A stretch of 64,000 bases of DNA from an uncultured bacterium (GCA_963801165.1 CAWDDT010000011.1:160001-224000); one strand, 5' to 3'; counted from the first letter of the stretch, positions 25,760 to 35,450 are shown. Translations and numbers: made by a program. The notes: generated by a model from the sequence alone, not told the origin.

Positions 25760-25910
25760 GGGAGACTCCTCTTCAAGTTGTGGGACGACGGTCAAGTCAG
25801 TCGAAACGGATGGGCAGGGTGTAGACGACGAAAGACCAGGATAGCACACAGCTATCCTGGCGATGCAAACGCGGCGTCGCTGGGAACGTACTCTTCAAAT
25901 GTTGTTGCGC

Positions 25911-25939
25911 ACGATACAAAAGATTCGTCGCCGGTTCAA
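25911..25939 (-). promoter_or_regulatory. Putative rpoBC promoter
   Basis: TTGAAC-N17-TATCGT on minus strand. Confidence 0.55.
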
Positions 25940-26076
25940 GGGTCTACCGGCCCATCTCCGGCGGGAAGGTCCCGACCCCTACCGCTCCTAACCATCGAAG
26001 TCCGGCCACGCAGCGATGTCGATACCGTGCCCATTCCCGGGTGCAGCCCGAGGGGCAGCCGTCTCGATGCGGACGC

Positions 26077-26108
26077 AAAAGAGGAGCGGGCATGCCCGCT
26101 CCTCTTTT
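26077..26108. terminator. Intrinsic terminator after rplL
   Basis: AAAAGAGGAGCGGG-CATG-CCCGCTCCTCTTTT perfect palindrome. Confidence 0.85.
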
Positions 26109-26155
26109 CTACCTGTGCTTTTTCTGTCTGTGCTTCTTCTATCTGTGTTCGCCTG

Positions 26156-26539
26156 CTACTTGAGCTCGACTGTGGCCCCGACCCCTTCGAGCTGCGCCTT
26201 GGCGGCCTCGGCTGCCTCCTTGTCGACACCCTCGAGGACCGCGTTCGGAGCACCGTCCACGACCTCCTTGGCCTCCTTGAGACCCAGGCTGGTCAATCCA
26301 CGGACGACCTTGATGACCTGAATCTTCTGTGAGCCTGCCGAGGTGAGGACGACGTCGAACTCGTCTTGCTCCTCCTCGACAGCTTCCGCTGCTGCCGCGG
26401 GAAGCGCTGCGGCCATTGCCATAGGAGCGGCCGCAGTGACGTCGAACTTCTCTTCAAATGCCTTGAGAAACTCGGAAAGCTCGAGGACGCTCATCTCCTC
26501 GAAGACACCTAGGAGCTCCTCGGTCTTCATCTTTGCCAT
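26156..26539 (-). CDS. rplL: 50S ribosomal protein L7/L12
   Basis: [28 protein letters not shown]; ATG 26539. Confidence 0.98.
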   Translation of the reverse strand: MAKMKTEELLGVFEEMSVLELSEFLKAFEEKFDVTAAAPMAMAAALPAAAAEAVEEEQDEFDVVLTSAGSQKIQVIKVVRGLTSLGLKEAKEVVDGAPNAVLEGVDKEAAEAAKAQLEGVGATVELK

Positions 26540-26540
26540 G

Positions 26541-27344
26541 TCATTCCTCCTCGGCCGAATCGGCCGGGTCTTCGTCATCGGACTTCGCGTCGTCGCCGTC
26601 TACCGATGCCTCTGGCTCGGCTTGTGTCACGGCAGCCTCTTCAACCTCTGCTTCGGCTTCCGGAACGTCTACGGCTTCGCCGGTCTCTTCTTCGCCTGCC
26701 GCTTCCGGCTCCTCGGCTGAGTCGGTCTCTGCAGCCGGCGTCTCTGCGGGAACGTCCCCGGCTTCTGGGACCTCCGCCTCGATCACCGGCTCGGCGTCAG
26801 CGGCCGGTTCCTCGACCGGCTCGGCTGCTGCTTCCCTCTTCTCAACGAGCTGCTGCATCGCAGATGCCATGTTGCGAGGAAGGGCCGCAAGCAAACCGGC
26901 GAGGTTTGCCATCGGCGCCTTCAGCAACCCGGCGATCTTGCTCAGCAACACATCGCGGGATTCGATCTCGGCGAGCTGGCTGATCCGTTCGGGCGTGAGG
27001 AATTCGTTCCGCAGGAGCCCACCTTTGACGGTGAAGGCTTCGTTGTCGTTGGCGAAGTCCTTGAGCGTCTTTGCCGCGGCGACCGGGTCTCCCTCGGCAA
27101 AAGCGATACCAGTGGGCCCGAGGAGCAGCTCCTCGAGTTCGGTCAGCTCCAGCTCGGCAGCCGCCCGGCGGGCCAGGGTCATCTTGACGACCTTGAACTC
27201 GGCTCCGCCTTCGCGCAGCCCGCGCCGCAGCGCCTGCTGCTGCTTGACCGACAGACCGGCGTACTCAGCGAGGAACACTGCGTTTGCGCGCTCGAGAAGT
27301 TCTTTGATCTCAGCGACGGCCTGGACCTTCTCTGGTCTTGGCAT
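26541..27344 (-). CDS. rplJ: 50S ribosomal protein L10 with acidic C-terminal extension
   Basis: ATG 27344 ([10 protein letters not shown]) after AGGAGG; EYAGLSV, GPTGIAF. Confidence 0.97.
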   Translation of the reverse strand: MPRPEKVQAVAEIKELLERANAVFLAEYAGLSVKQQQALRRGLREGGAEFKVVKMTLARRAAAELELTELEELLLGPTGIAFAEGDPVAAAKTLKDFANDNEAFTVKGGLLRNEFLTPERISQLAEIESRDVLLSKIAGLLKAPMANLAGLLAALPRNMASAMQQLVEKREAAAEPVEEPAADAEPVIEAEVPEAGDVPAETPAAETDSAEEPEAAGEEETGEAVDVPEAEAEVEEAAVTQAEPEASVDGDDAKSDDEDPADSAEEE

Positions 27345-27384
27345 GTGTCTTCCTCCTACTGGTCTACGCAACACGACCTCGCTT

Positions 27385-27542
27385 CGGCAGTGAAGCCCGA
27401 GCCTCGTGCAACAAGACTCGAGCCTCGCAGCTTGAGCTGCCCCAGTAAGAACTGAAGCTCCCAACCCAAGAGGGAGGGAGCCTTTGAGAAAGCAACCTGC
27501 GCCGGCGCCGCTGCTGCGGACTTAGTTACCTGCGGTCTTGGG
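27385..27542 (-). promoter_or_regulatory. L10 leader (autoregulatory RNA)
   Basis: AAGACCGCAGG...CCGGCGCAGG kink-turn-like signature upstream of rplJ. Confidence 0.7.
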
Positions 27543-27568
27543 TCGAGATATGAGGTTGTGCGGACGAG

Positions 27569-27597
27569 ACACTAACGAAGGCGGTTCCGCTACGCAA
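27569..27597 (-). promoter_or_regulatory. Putative rplJL promoter
   Basis: TTGCGT-N17-TAGTGT immediately before L10 leader. Confidence 0.55.
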
Positions 27598-27612
27598 GGT
27601 GAGACCACTCGT

Positions 27613-27663
27613 TCCTCTCCCTCCGGGAGAGGATGCCGAGCGAAGCGAAGGCGGGCGAGGGCC
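27613..27663 (+). repeat. RIME/CIR-like palindromic repeat (family A), single copy
   Basis: CTCTCCCTCCGGGAGAGGATGCCGAGCGAAGCGAAGGCGGGCGAGGGCC; matches copies at 47.9 and 55.6 kb. Confidence 0.8.
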
Positions 27664-27750
27664 TCAGCAAATGTGCGAGACCAGTCCGCACCCCCTGAGT
27701 CTGCAAAGCAAAATCACATGCCGCCTCACACAATGGGTGAGGCGGTGACG

Positions 27751-27784
27751 AATAGACGAAACGCCCGTCACCGGGCGCTTCGTC
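27751..27784 (-). terminator. Intrinsic terminator in rplA-rplJ intergenic region
   Basis: GACGAAGCGCCCG-GTGA-CGGGCGTTTCGTC-TATT. Confidence 0.65.
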
Positions 27785-28107
27785 GGTAACGGGCTAACTC
27801 TCGGTCGGGAGAGCGGTTCGCTCATGAGGATTCGGGCAGACGGCGGGCCAGGAAGCCATCTACACGTACCACCAATGACGACCAGGGTAGGGGCTGGTAT
27901 TTGTCAAAGTGGCCGAAACCCGCCCTCGGAACGGTGGTGGATCGTTCCTGCCACCGACCTCGGAGTTTCCCCGTTGATCTTTAGTTGTGGGACGATCATA
28001 TCGCGGGGATACGTGGTCCGCCAGTGAAATGTAGTCAAAAATCGCGAATATGCCACTCTCTGTGGTCGAGCGACTCCCCGAAGATGACATAACCGTCGCT
28101 TGCGGTG

Positions 28108-28824
28108 CTAGCGAAGCGCCTTGAGGTCATCCTCGAGCCGGCTCGGATCGAGGTTCACGCCGGGGCCCATCGTGGACGAGACGGTCACCTTGCGCACAAA
28201 ACGACCCTTGGCGGCCGCAGGACGCGCCCGGATGATCTCGTCGGCGAGGGCAACGAGGTTGCCGATGAGCTGTTCCGGCTCGAAGGAGACCTTCCCGATG
28301 GGCACATGCACGTTGCCATACCGGTCGTTGCGATATTCGACACGGCCGGCCTTGAACTCCTTGATCGCCTTGCCGACGTCCTGGGTGACCGTGCCGCTCT
28401 TCGGATTTGGCATTAGCCCGCGTGGGCCGAGAATCGAGCCGAGCTTGCCGACGACCGACATCATGCTCGGGGTGGCGATTGCGATGTCGAACTCGATGGG
28501 ACCACCGGCCGAGATCTGGTCTGCGAGATCTTTGCCGCCGATCACGTCGGCGCCCGCTTCCTCCGCCTCGGCGATCGCCGCACCATCGACAAAGGCGGCG
28601 ACGCGCACGTCCTTGCCCGTGCCGTTGGGCAGGCTCACGGTGCCACGTACCAGCTGGTCTGCCTTGCGGGCGTCGATACCGAGGTTGAAAACCACATCGA
28701 CACTCTCATCGAACTTGGCGTACGCCATGCTCCGCACCAGAGCAACCGCATCCTCGGAACTGAGGAGAGCGCTCTTGTCGTACTGCCGTCGCACTGCGGC
28801 GACGTTCTTCGACTTCTTTGCCAT
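28108..28824 (-). CDS. rplA: 50S ribosomal protein L1
   Basis: AKFDESVD..VRGTVSLPNGTGK..LGPRGLMPNPK. Confidence 0.99.
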   Translation of the reverse strand: MAKKSKNVAAVRRQYDKSALLSSEDAVALVRSMAYAKFDESVDVVFNLGIDARKADQLVRGTVSLPNGTGKDVRVAAFVDGAAIAEAEEAGADVIGGKDLADQISAGGPIEFDIAIATPSMMSVVGKLGSILGPRGLMPNPKSGTVTQDVGKAIKEFKAGRVEYRNDRYGNVHVPIGKVSFEPEQLIGNLVALADEIIRARPAAAKGRFVRKVTVSSTMGPGVNLDPSRLEDDLKALR

Positions 28825-28839
28825 TTCCGTTTACCTCCT

Positions 28840-28870
28840 GTGGTGCCGGCGGGGATGGCTCCCCTCCCAC
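28840..28870 (-). promoter_or_regulatory. Putative L1-binding mRNA operator before rplA
   Basis: GTGGGAG-GGGA-GCCA-TCCC-CGCCGGC-ACCAC just upstream of rplA RBS, resembling L1 sites. Confidence 0.55.
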
Positions 28871-29000
28871 TTATCTGTTGTCACCCGACCGCTGCCGGCC
28901 GGGACATTTCCCGTCACGTTCTGCTGGTTTCTCACCATCGAGGCGTGTAACCGTCAGATGGTATCTCAGGCGGGCGACCTCGCTGAATCCCGCCACCTCA

Positions 29001-29429
29001 TCAGCCGTCGACGGTGATCCCCATCGAGCGGGCGGTACCCTCGACAATCTTCATCGCGGCGTCGATATCGTTGGCGTTGAGATCCACCATCTTCGTCTCG
29101 GCGATATGACGTACCTGTTCTCGCGTCACCCTGCCCACCTTCTCCTTCTGCGGCTCCGCCGACCCCTTCTCGACTCGAGCGGCCTGTCGCAGCATCACCG
29201 CGGCGGGTGGGGTCTTGGTCACGAAGGTGAAACTGCGATCCTCGTAGATCGAGATCTCCACCGGGATGATGGTGCCTACTTGTGACGCGGTGGCATCGTT
29301 GTATGACTTGACGAAATCCATGATGTTGACGCCGTGCTGACCGAGGGCAGGGCCCACGGGCGGTGCCGGGCTCGCCTGCCCGGCAGGGATCTGCAGCTTG
29401 AGCATGGTCATCAGTCTCTTGCGACCCAT
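29001..29429 (-). CDS. rplK: 50S ribosomal protein L11
   Basis: [23 protein letters not shown]. Confidence 0.99.
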   Translation of the reverse strand: MGRKRLMTMLKLQIPAGQASPAPPVGPALGQHGVNIMDFVKSYNDATASQVGTIIPVEISIYEDRSFTFVTKTPPAAVMLRQAARVEKGSAEPQKEKVGRVTREQVRHIAETKMVDLNANDIDAAMKIVEGTARSMGITVDG

Positions 29430-29450
29430 TGGTTGAACCTCGCTTGGGAA

Positions 29451-30092
29451 TCAGTATTTGAGAATCTGGTCGAAGTTGAGTTCGACGGGGGTTTCCCGGC
29501 CAAAGATATCAACGAGCACCCGCACCTTCGACTGGTCCACGTTGATGTCCTCGATGATGCCGTTGAAATCGGCGAAGGGGCCTTCGACCACCCTGATCGT
29601 CTCCCCGACCTCCCAGGCCGGCTTGAACGTGGGCTCCTTCTTGTCGGCCGAGTCCTCGTCCTTGGCGACGCCGAGAATGCGCTCGACCTCGCGCCGCGAT
29701 AGCGGCGTCGGCTTGGATGCGGATCCGACGAATCCGGTCACGCCCGGGGTGTTGCGAACTGCATACCAGGTGTCGTCGTCCATATAGAGACGAACCAGGA
29801 TGTAGCCGGGGAACTTCTTGCGCTCCACGGTGACCTTGCGCCCGGCCTTGAACTCGACGACCTCTTCCATCGGGATGACCACGTCGAAGACGCGATCCTC
29901 GAGGTGCATCGATTTGACCCGCGTCTCGAGGTTTGCCTTCACCTTCTTCTCGTACCCCGAGTACGAGTGCACGACGTACCAGCCGCCGGGCAGGTCGTAC
30001 GGGCTCGAAGGTCCCTTGGGCTTGACGGCCTCGGCTTCCGCGGCAGTCTCGTCCTCGACTATGTCCTGGCTATCAGGAGCTTCCAGCGTCAT
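29451..30092 (-). CDS. nusG: Transcription factor NusG
   Basis: WYVVHSYSGYE..VRNTPGVTGFVG..IFGRETPVEL. Confidence 0.98.
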   Translation of the reverse strand: MTLEAPDSQDIVEDETAAEAEAVKPKGPSSPYDLPGGWYVVHSYSGYEKKVKANLETRVKSMHLEDRVFDVVIPMEEVVEFKAGRKVTVERKKFPGYILVRLYMDDDTWYAVRNTPGVTGFVGSASKPTPLSRREVERILGVAKDEDSADKKEPTFKPAWEVGETIRVVEGPFADFNGIIEDINVDQSKVRVLVDIFGRETPVELNFDQILKY

Positions 30093-30095
30093 GGC

Positions 30096-30374
30096 TCACC
30101 CGGCCCCGAGCAACTGCAGGATCGTGTTCTTGAGACCGAAGTCGAGTGCAAAGGTGAATCCCGTCACCGCAACGGTGACGATGAGCACGACAATCGTGAA
30201 CGTGGTCGTCTCTTCCCTGGTAGGCCAGGCGACCTTCTTCAGCTCTTGTCGCACTTCGTGCAGGAATTGACGGAAACCGACGCGCTCGCGCTTGTGCTGC
30301 TGCGGGACAGCTTTGCGGCGTTTCTTGGCGCGCTCTTCCTCCTTGGCCTGGAGGCGTCGCATCTCTCGGTTCAC
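30096..30374 (-). CDS. secE: Preprotein translocase SecE
   Basis: FLHEVRQELKKVAWP plus TM; GTG 30374 after AAGGAAGG. Confidence 0.95.
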   Translation of the reverse strand: MNREMRRLQAKEEERAKKRRKAVPQQHKRERVGFRQFLHEVRQELKKVAWPTREETTTFTIVVLIVTVAVTGFTFALDFGLKNTILQLLGAG

Positions 30375-30396
30375 GTTTGATTCCTTCCTTGCCGAG

Positions 30397-30470
30397 CAGG
30401 GGTGGCGGGACTCGAACCCACAGCCTACGGTTTTGGAGACCGTCGCTCTGCCAATTGGAGCTACACCCCT
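30397..30470 (-). tRNA. tRNA-Trp (CCA)
   Basis: AGGGGTGTAGCTCCAATTGGCAGAGCGACGGTCTCCAAAACCGT...GTTCGAGTCC. Confidence 0.96.
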
Positions 30471-30496
30471 CAACATAGGCCTGGGGCCGGGGGTGG

Positions 30497-30525
30497 AGTA
30501 TATGAGGTCGCCCCCTAAGTGTAAA
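30497..30525 (-). promoter_or_regulatory. Promoter for tRNA-Trp-secE-nusG
   Basis: TTTACA-N17-TATACT. Confidence 0.7.
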
Positions 30526-30638
30526 CCTGACGCGGTCCTCCCGGGTCGGTTCATCCGCTCGCCCGGACCGTGACCAGAGTCGAGGTGGTCTTTGGGGCAC
30601 AAACGAATCCTAGCCGGAGCGGCCCGCAGTGCTCGAGG

Positions 30639-30992
30639 TCACCGCACGGCGGGTCGGGAGCTTCGCCAAAGGGCGACCACAGCGACTCCGGCGGCAGCGG
30701 CCACAACGGCGCCGGTTGCCGCCGCGATCCGTCCGACCTGACCGGAACCGGTACCCATCCGCAGCCCATCTGGTGAAGATGCGATCACGGTCGCCACCGC
30801 CGCAGACAGCGGCTCAGGAGCAGCCACCATCACGTCCGCCAGCGCGGCAAGTTGCCGGCGCAACTTTCCATAGCGGGCGATCTCGGCCTGACAGGTGAGA
30901 CATGTGCTCACGTGAGCATTCAGGCGCACCGACAGAAACCCGCCTCCCTGCGATGGTGCCAGCGCCTGGACGACACGACATGCCGGCCTCAT
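30639..30992 (-). CDS. Zn-binding (ZAS) anti-sigma factor with C-terminal TM
   Basis: HVSTCLTC (HxxxCxxC); ATGA overlap with sigma stop. Confidence 0.8.
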   Translation of the reverse strand: MRPACRVVQALAPSQGGGFLSVRLNAHVSTCLTCQAEIARYGKLRRQLAALADVMVAAPEPLSAAVATVIASSPDGLRMGTGSGQVGRIAAATGAVVAAAAGVAVVALWRSSRPAVR

Positions 30993-31561
30993 ACGCTCTC
31001 CTCGAACTCGACCCAGAGACGATCCCGCAATTGCTTGCGACCGCGATGGAGACGCACCTTGGCGGCAGCGACGCTGATGCCGAGATGGCCGGCGATCTCG
31101 CTGTGGGTCCATCCGTACACGTCCTTCAACACAACTACGGTCCGGGTGGGGAGAGGTAGATCGTTGAGGGCGTCCCGCAGCCTGTCCCCGATCGCCGCAG
31201 ACTCCGCAGCACGCTCGGGGGAGATCGTCTCGGCCACGGGTTCAGTGAAGGACTCGTCGATCGGATCTGCCCGATGCTTGCGCTGCTTGCGACGCTGGGT
31301 CCACGCCACATTCACCGTGATGCGATGCAGCCATGTCGAGAACTTGGCGTCGCCGCGGAAGTTGGGGAGCGCCCGCCAGGCCCGGACAAACGCCTCCTGC
31401 GAGACGTCGGCAGCCAGCTCACGATCTGCGACCAGTCGCAATGCCAATGTGTAGACCTCGTCCTGATGGATTCTGACCAGATCGGAGAATGCCGCCCGGT
31501 CACCGCGTCGTGCCCGAGCCAGCAGCTCTCCGTTCTCCGGTCTGACTCCCTCATGGGGCAT
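30989..31561 (-). CDS. ECF RNA polymerase sigma factor
   Basis: DVSQEAFVRAW..FSTWLHRI (region 2), HSEIA..AAKVRLHRGR (region 4). Confidence 0.92.
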   Translation of the reverse strand: MPHEGVRPENGELLARARRGDRAAFSDLVRIHQDEVYTLALRLVADRELAADVSQEAFVRAWRALPNFRGDAKFSTWLHRITVNVAWTQRRKQRKHRADPIDESFTEPVAETISPERAAESAAIGDRLRDALNDLPLPTRTVVVLKDVYGWTHSEIAGHLGISVAAAKVRLHRGRKQLRDRLWVEFEESV

Positions 31562-31565
31562 CGGG

Positions 31566-32438
31566 TTACCCCTCCAACCTGACGACACAACCGGCCGTGA
31601 CCAGCTTCTCGTCTCCCCTGGCGACCTCGACGTCCATCTGACAATCCTCGCCGTCGGCGGCCAGGTCGCGCACCACAGCGCTCACCATCGCCGGCTCGGC
31701 AGGGCGCAACGCGCTCCGGAATCTGAGCTTGATGTGAGCGAGAGGGTCGGGCCGAGCACTCATTGCCCCGGCGAGTTGGATTGCCCAGGCTGCCATCAAG
31801 AGGCCGTGAACAACGATGCCGTCGAGACCGGCGTGGCGGGCGGCGTCGTGGTCAAAATGTATCGGGTTGTAGTCGCCTGACGCTCCGGCGTACTTGACGA
31901 GGTCGATTCGACTCGCCGACTTGGACAAGGCGGGCAGCGTCCCGCCGATGCCGGGTCGAGGAACGACGTGGGGGCGTTCGTTGAGTTCCCGCTTCCACAC
32001 CACCGGCTCGCGGTGGTCGGAGCCCGCCTCGGGTGCGGACCCTTCCCCCATCAGAAATGTGGCCACCGCATCGACAACCCGCTCGCCTGCGGCGGTGCCG
32101 ACGCGGGCCGAGAAGGTCACAAAGAAAGAGCCTGCGCGCTCCCGGACACGGTCAACCGATCCGGTGACGATCAGTGCCGCACCCACCGGAAGCGGTGCGT
32201 GCCAGGTAAAGGTCTGGTCGACGTGAACGAGCACGCCGGTGAAGGGCCGAACTCGTGGATCGTCGAGAAACCTGGGAGCTACGACAAACAAGAGCGCCGC
32301 GGCGTAGCCCGGTGGGGCAAAGCGCTGCCAGCGATCTTCATCGTCACCGGTTGCGGTCACGTATTCGGCGACCTTCTCTGCCGAGATGCCAACCGCATAC
32401 GGTCCGTAGGTGGCTCCGGCGACTTCCTCGAGACTCAT
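31566..32438 (-). CDS. Double hot-dog MaoC-like dehydratase (HadA-HadB-like fusion)
   Basis: VHVDQTF and YAGASGDYNPIHFD..HGLL; next to rpmG as in actinobacterial hadAB; start reset to ATG 32438. Confidence 0.85.
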   Translation of the reverse strand: MSLEEVAGATYGPYAVGISAEKVAEYVTATGDDEDRWQRFAPPGYAAALLFVVAPRFLDDPRVRPFTGVLVHVDQTFTWHAPLPVGAALIVTGSVDRVRERAGSFFVTFSARVGTAAGERVVDAVATFLMGEGSAPEAGSDHREPVVWKRELNERPHVVPRPGIGGTLPALSKSASRIDLVKYAGASGDYNPIHFDHDAARHAGLDGIVVHGLLMAAWAIQLAGAMSARPDPLAHIKLRFRSALRPAEPAMVSAVVRDLAADGEDCQMDVEVARGDEKLVTAGCVVRLEG

Positions 32439-32521
32439 CGTGGAAAAGGGTACCCGCTTCACCGTCCCGCCGCGAGGGTGGCTCGGCGGGGGAAGACTCC
32501 ATTGCAGGCAGTCATCTACCA

Positions 32522-32661
32522 GGCCCCCATCGGCTTTGCCACTTCCCCCAAAGGGGGAAGGAATGCGGCGCCCACCGGCTTCAGCCGCTTCCCACGGAGG
32601 GGGAAGGAATATGGCCCCCATCGGCTTCGCTGCGCTCAGCCACTTCCCCCAAAGGGGGAAG
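32522..32661 (-). repeat. Three tandem family A palindromic repeats between rpmG and MaoC gene
   Basis: CTTCCCCCTTTGGGGGAAGTGGC...GCCGATGGGGGCC twice plus a degenerate middle copy. Confidence 0.8.
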
Positions 32662-32669
32662 TCATGGCG

Positions 32670-32831
32670 TCAGCGGGTTTCGCGGTGTGGGGTGTGCTCG
32701 CGGCACCAGCGGCAGTACTTCTTCAGCTCCAGCCGCTCGCGCGTGTTCGACTTGCTCTTGGTGGTGACGTAGTTGCGACGCTTGCATTTCTCGCAAGCGA
32801 GCGTCAACGGCGGTCTCTTGTCAGATGCCAT
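32670..32831 (-). CDS. rpmG: 50S ribosomal protein L33, Zn-binding form (missing from ORF track)
   Basis: [53 protein letters not shown]. Confidence 0.96.
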   Translation of the reverse strand: MASDKRPPLTLACEKCKRRNYVTTKSKSNTRERLELKKYCRWCREHTPHRETR

Positions 32832-32910
32832 GTTGCTTCGATCCTATCCAATCCAATGTATGCGACCAGCTCCGGTCTCGCTGGGCTCCGGTTGGAGTTT
32901 CGCCGGGCGG

Positions 32911-34141
32911 AACTCCAACCTGACCGCCTACGCGGTCAGGCGGCTACTTGATGATGTTGATGACCCGACCAGCACCGACAGTACGGCCACCCTCCCGAAT
33001 CGCAAACCGCAACCCCTCATCCATAGCAATCGGCTTACCCAACTCCACCGTCATCTCAGTGTTATCACCAGGCATCACCATCTCAGTACCCTCAGGCAAA
33101 GACACCGTCCCAGTCACATCCGTCGTCCGGAAATAAAACTGCGGCCGATACCCATCAAAAAACGGGTTATGCCGACCACCCTCATCCTTAGTCAACACAT
33201 ACACCTGAGCCACAAAATTCGTATGAGGCGTAATCGAACCAGGCTTAGCAACCACCTGACCCCGCTCCACCGCATCCTTCCCAATCCCCCGCAACAACAA
33301 CCCAACATTGTCCCCAGCCTGACCCTCATCAAGCAACTTACGGAACATCTCAACACCAGTCACCGTCGTCGACTGCACATCCCGCAAACCAATGATCTCA
33401 ACCTGCTCACCAACATGAATCACACCAGTCTCAATACGGCCAGTCACCACCGTCCCCCGACCAGTAATCGAAAACACATCCTCAATCGCCATCATGAACG
33501 GCTTATCCGTCTCCCGCACCGGCTCAGGAATATACGAATCAACCGCATCCATCAACTCATGAATAGACGCAACCGCCGCCGGATCATTCTCCTCCAAAGC
33601 CTTCAAAGCAGACCCACGAACAACCGGAATGTCATCCCCAGGAAACTCATACTCAGTAAGAAGATCCCGAACCTCGAGCTCAACCAGATCCAACAACTCC
33701 TCATCATCAACCTGATCAGTCTTATTCATATACACAACAATGTAAGGAACACCAACCTGACGAGCCAACAACACATGCTCACGAGTCTGCGGCATCGGAC
33801 CATCAGCAGCAGACACCACCAAAATCGCCCCATCAACCTGAGCAGCACCCGTAATCATGTTCTTCACATAATCAGCATGCCCCGGCATATCAACATGCGC
33901 ATAATGACGATTCGCCGTCTCATACTCCACATGAGCAATCGCAATCGTGATACCCCGCTCCCTCTCCTCAGGAGCCTTATCAATCTCATCAAACGCCGTA
34001 AACTTCGTCGACCCCGACCCCTCCTCAGACAACACCTTCGTAATCGCAGCCGTCAAAGTCGTCTTCCCATGATCAATATGACCCATAGTCCCAACATTCA
34101 CATGCGGCTTCGTCCGCTCGAACTTCTCCTTAGCCATCTTT
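32911..34141. repeat. 1231-bp direct repeat, copy 2
   Basis: Matches 9766-10996; diverges just outside these ends. Confidence 0.93.
32944..34137 (-). CDS. tuf: Elongation factor Tu (second copy, tRNA-linked)
   Basis: Protein identical to 9799-10992. Confidence 0.99.
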   Translation of the reverse strand: MAKEKFERTKPHVNVGTMGHIDHGKTTLTAAITKVLSEEGSGSTKFTAFDEIDKAPEERERGITIAIAHVEYETANRHYAHVDMPGHADYVKNMITGAAQVDGAILVVSAADGPMPQTREHVLLARQVGVPYIVVYMNKTDQVDDEELLDLVELEVRDLLTEYEFPGDDIPVVRGSALKALEENDPAAVASIHELMDAVDSYIPEPVRETDKPFMMAIEDVFSITGRGTVVTGRIETGVIHVGEQVEIIGLRDVQSTTVTGVEMFRKLLDEGQAGDNVGLLLRGIGKDAVERGQVVAKPGSITPHTNFVAQVYVLTKDEGGRHNPFFDGYRPQFYFRTTDVTGTVSLPEGTEMVMPGDNTEMTVELGKPIAMDEGLRFAIREGGRTVGAGRVINIIK

Positions 34142-34183
34142 CCTCGGGCTCCCTCGTGTGGATTGCGGTCTTTTCCGGTTGCG

Positions 34184-34257
34184 TAGCGGCGGGCAGACTT
34201 GAACTGCCGACCTCGCGATTATGAGTCGCGCGCTCTCACCGACTGAGCTACGCCGCC
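34184..34257 (-). tRNA. tRNA-Met (CAT), elongator-like
   Basis: GGCGGCGTAGCTCAGTCGGTGAGAGCGCGCGACTCATAATCGCG...GTTCAAGTC. Confidence 0.93.
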
Positions 34258-34287
34258 TCGTCAGCCGACCGGATGGCCGGAAGGCCG

Positions 34288-34359
34288 AGCCCTCTCTGGG
34301 GATTGAACCCAGGACCTCCTCCTTACCATGGAGGCGCTCTACCACTGAGCTAAGAGGGC
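34288..34359 (-). tRNA. tRNA-Thr (GGT)
   Basis: GCCCTCTTAGCTCAGTGGTAGAGCGCCTCCATGGTAAGGAGG...GTTCAATCC. Confidence 0.96.
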
Positions 34360-34429
34360 AGTTCGTGGAAGATTAATCCCACAAACCACAAGGGAAAAGA
34401 CGACCTCCGCCGTCTCCTCCTTGCGGTCG

Positions 34430-34511
34430 TGCTGGGAGAAGGATTTGAACCTCCGAAGGCATTGCCGGCAGATTTACAGTCTGCTCCCTTTGGCCGCTCG
34501 GGCATCCCAGC
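34430..34511 (-). tRNA. tRNA-Tyr (GTA)
   Basis: GCTGGGATGCCCGAGCGGCCAAAGGGAGCAGACTGTAAATCTGC plus long variable arm. Confidence 0.95.
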
Positions 34512-34589
34512 TCGGTTCCTCAGAGCGGCTGTACGTTAGTCCGTGCGCGCACCGAGGGAAAAGCCGTGCGGTCTGTGCACGCCCGGCTG

Positions 34590-35450
34590 CTACCGGATTC
34601 CCATCTGCATCCTCTCGAGCCGAGCGATCCGCTCGGGGATGGGCGGGTGGGTGCTGAACATCCTGGCAAAGCTCCCGCCGCCGTTGCGCCCACCGAGGGC
34701 CTTCAACGGGTCGGAGATGAACAGCTGCGAGACCGCCGGATCCACGTTCATCGGGATCTGCGAGCCGCGCTCCAGCTTCGCCAGTGCGCTGGCCAGCGCC
34801 ATCGGAGAACCGGTCAACTTGGCGCCCGACTCATCCGCCTGGAACTCGCGAGACCGGCTGATAGCCATCTGGATCACCGCGGCGGCGATCGGGGCGAGGA
34901 TCATCGCCAGGAGACCGACGAGCATCGAACCACCGTTGTTGTCCCTTCTCCGACCCATGCCTCCCCAGAAGTACATCCGGGCCAGGAAGGACAGTGCCGC
35001 ACCAATGGTGGCGGCGATCGATGAGATCAGAATGTCACGGTTGCGCACGTGCGACAACTCATGGCCGAGCACGCCCTCCAGCTCGGAGGGGTTCATCATT
35101 TCGAGGATGCCTCTGGTCACGGCTACAGCGGCGTGCTTCGGATTGCGACCGGTAGCGAACGCGTTTGGCTGCTGCGACTCGATGAAGTACATACGCGGCA
35201 TAGGCATGTTCTCGCGGCTGGCCAGGCTGCGGACCATGGCGTACACCTCGGGCATGTCGCTTTCCGCGACGGGACGCGCCCTGGCTGCGGCGAGGGCCAT
35301 CCTGTCCGAGAAAAAGTAGACGCCGAAATTGAAGATAACGGCGAAGATAAGGGCGATTGCAGCTCCGCTCCCTTGTCCGAGGGCGTACCCGACGGCCACG
35401 AAGAGGCCACCCATGAAACCCAGGAGCACGGCTGTCTTGACGTTGTTCAT
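34590..35450 (-). CDS. htpX: Zn metalloprotease HtpX
   Basis: PNAFATGRNP, HELSH, SRSREF.AD, STHPP; ATG 35450 with TACAAT 6 nt upstream. Confidence 0.93.
   Translation of the reverse strand: MNNVKTAVLLGFMGGLFVAVGYALGQGSGAAIALIFAVIFNFGVYFFSDRMALAAARARPVAESDMPEVYAMVRSLASRENMPMPRMYFIESQQPNAFATGRNPKHAAVAVTRGILEMMNPSELEGVLGHELSHVRNRDILISSIAATIGAALSFLARMYFWGGMGRRRDNNGGSMLVGLLAMILAPIAAAVIQMAISRSREFQADESGAKLTGSPMALASALAKLERGSQIPMNVDPAVSQLFISDPLKALGGRNGGGSFARMFSTHPPIPERIARLERMQMGIR

Noticed and set aside
27785-27815. Short resemblance to mycobacterial Ms1 RNA (TCTCCCGACC..TAGC..TACCGA)
   Set aside because: Recalled from memory only, and no complementary strand for the long Ms1 closing stem is visible downstream.
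34184-34511. tRNA cluster as prophage/ICE attachment site
   Set aside because: No integrase or duplicated tRNA 3' end seen in the window.
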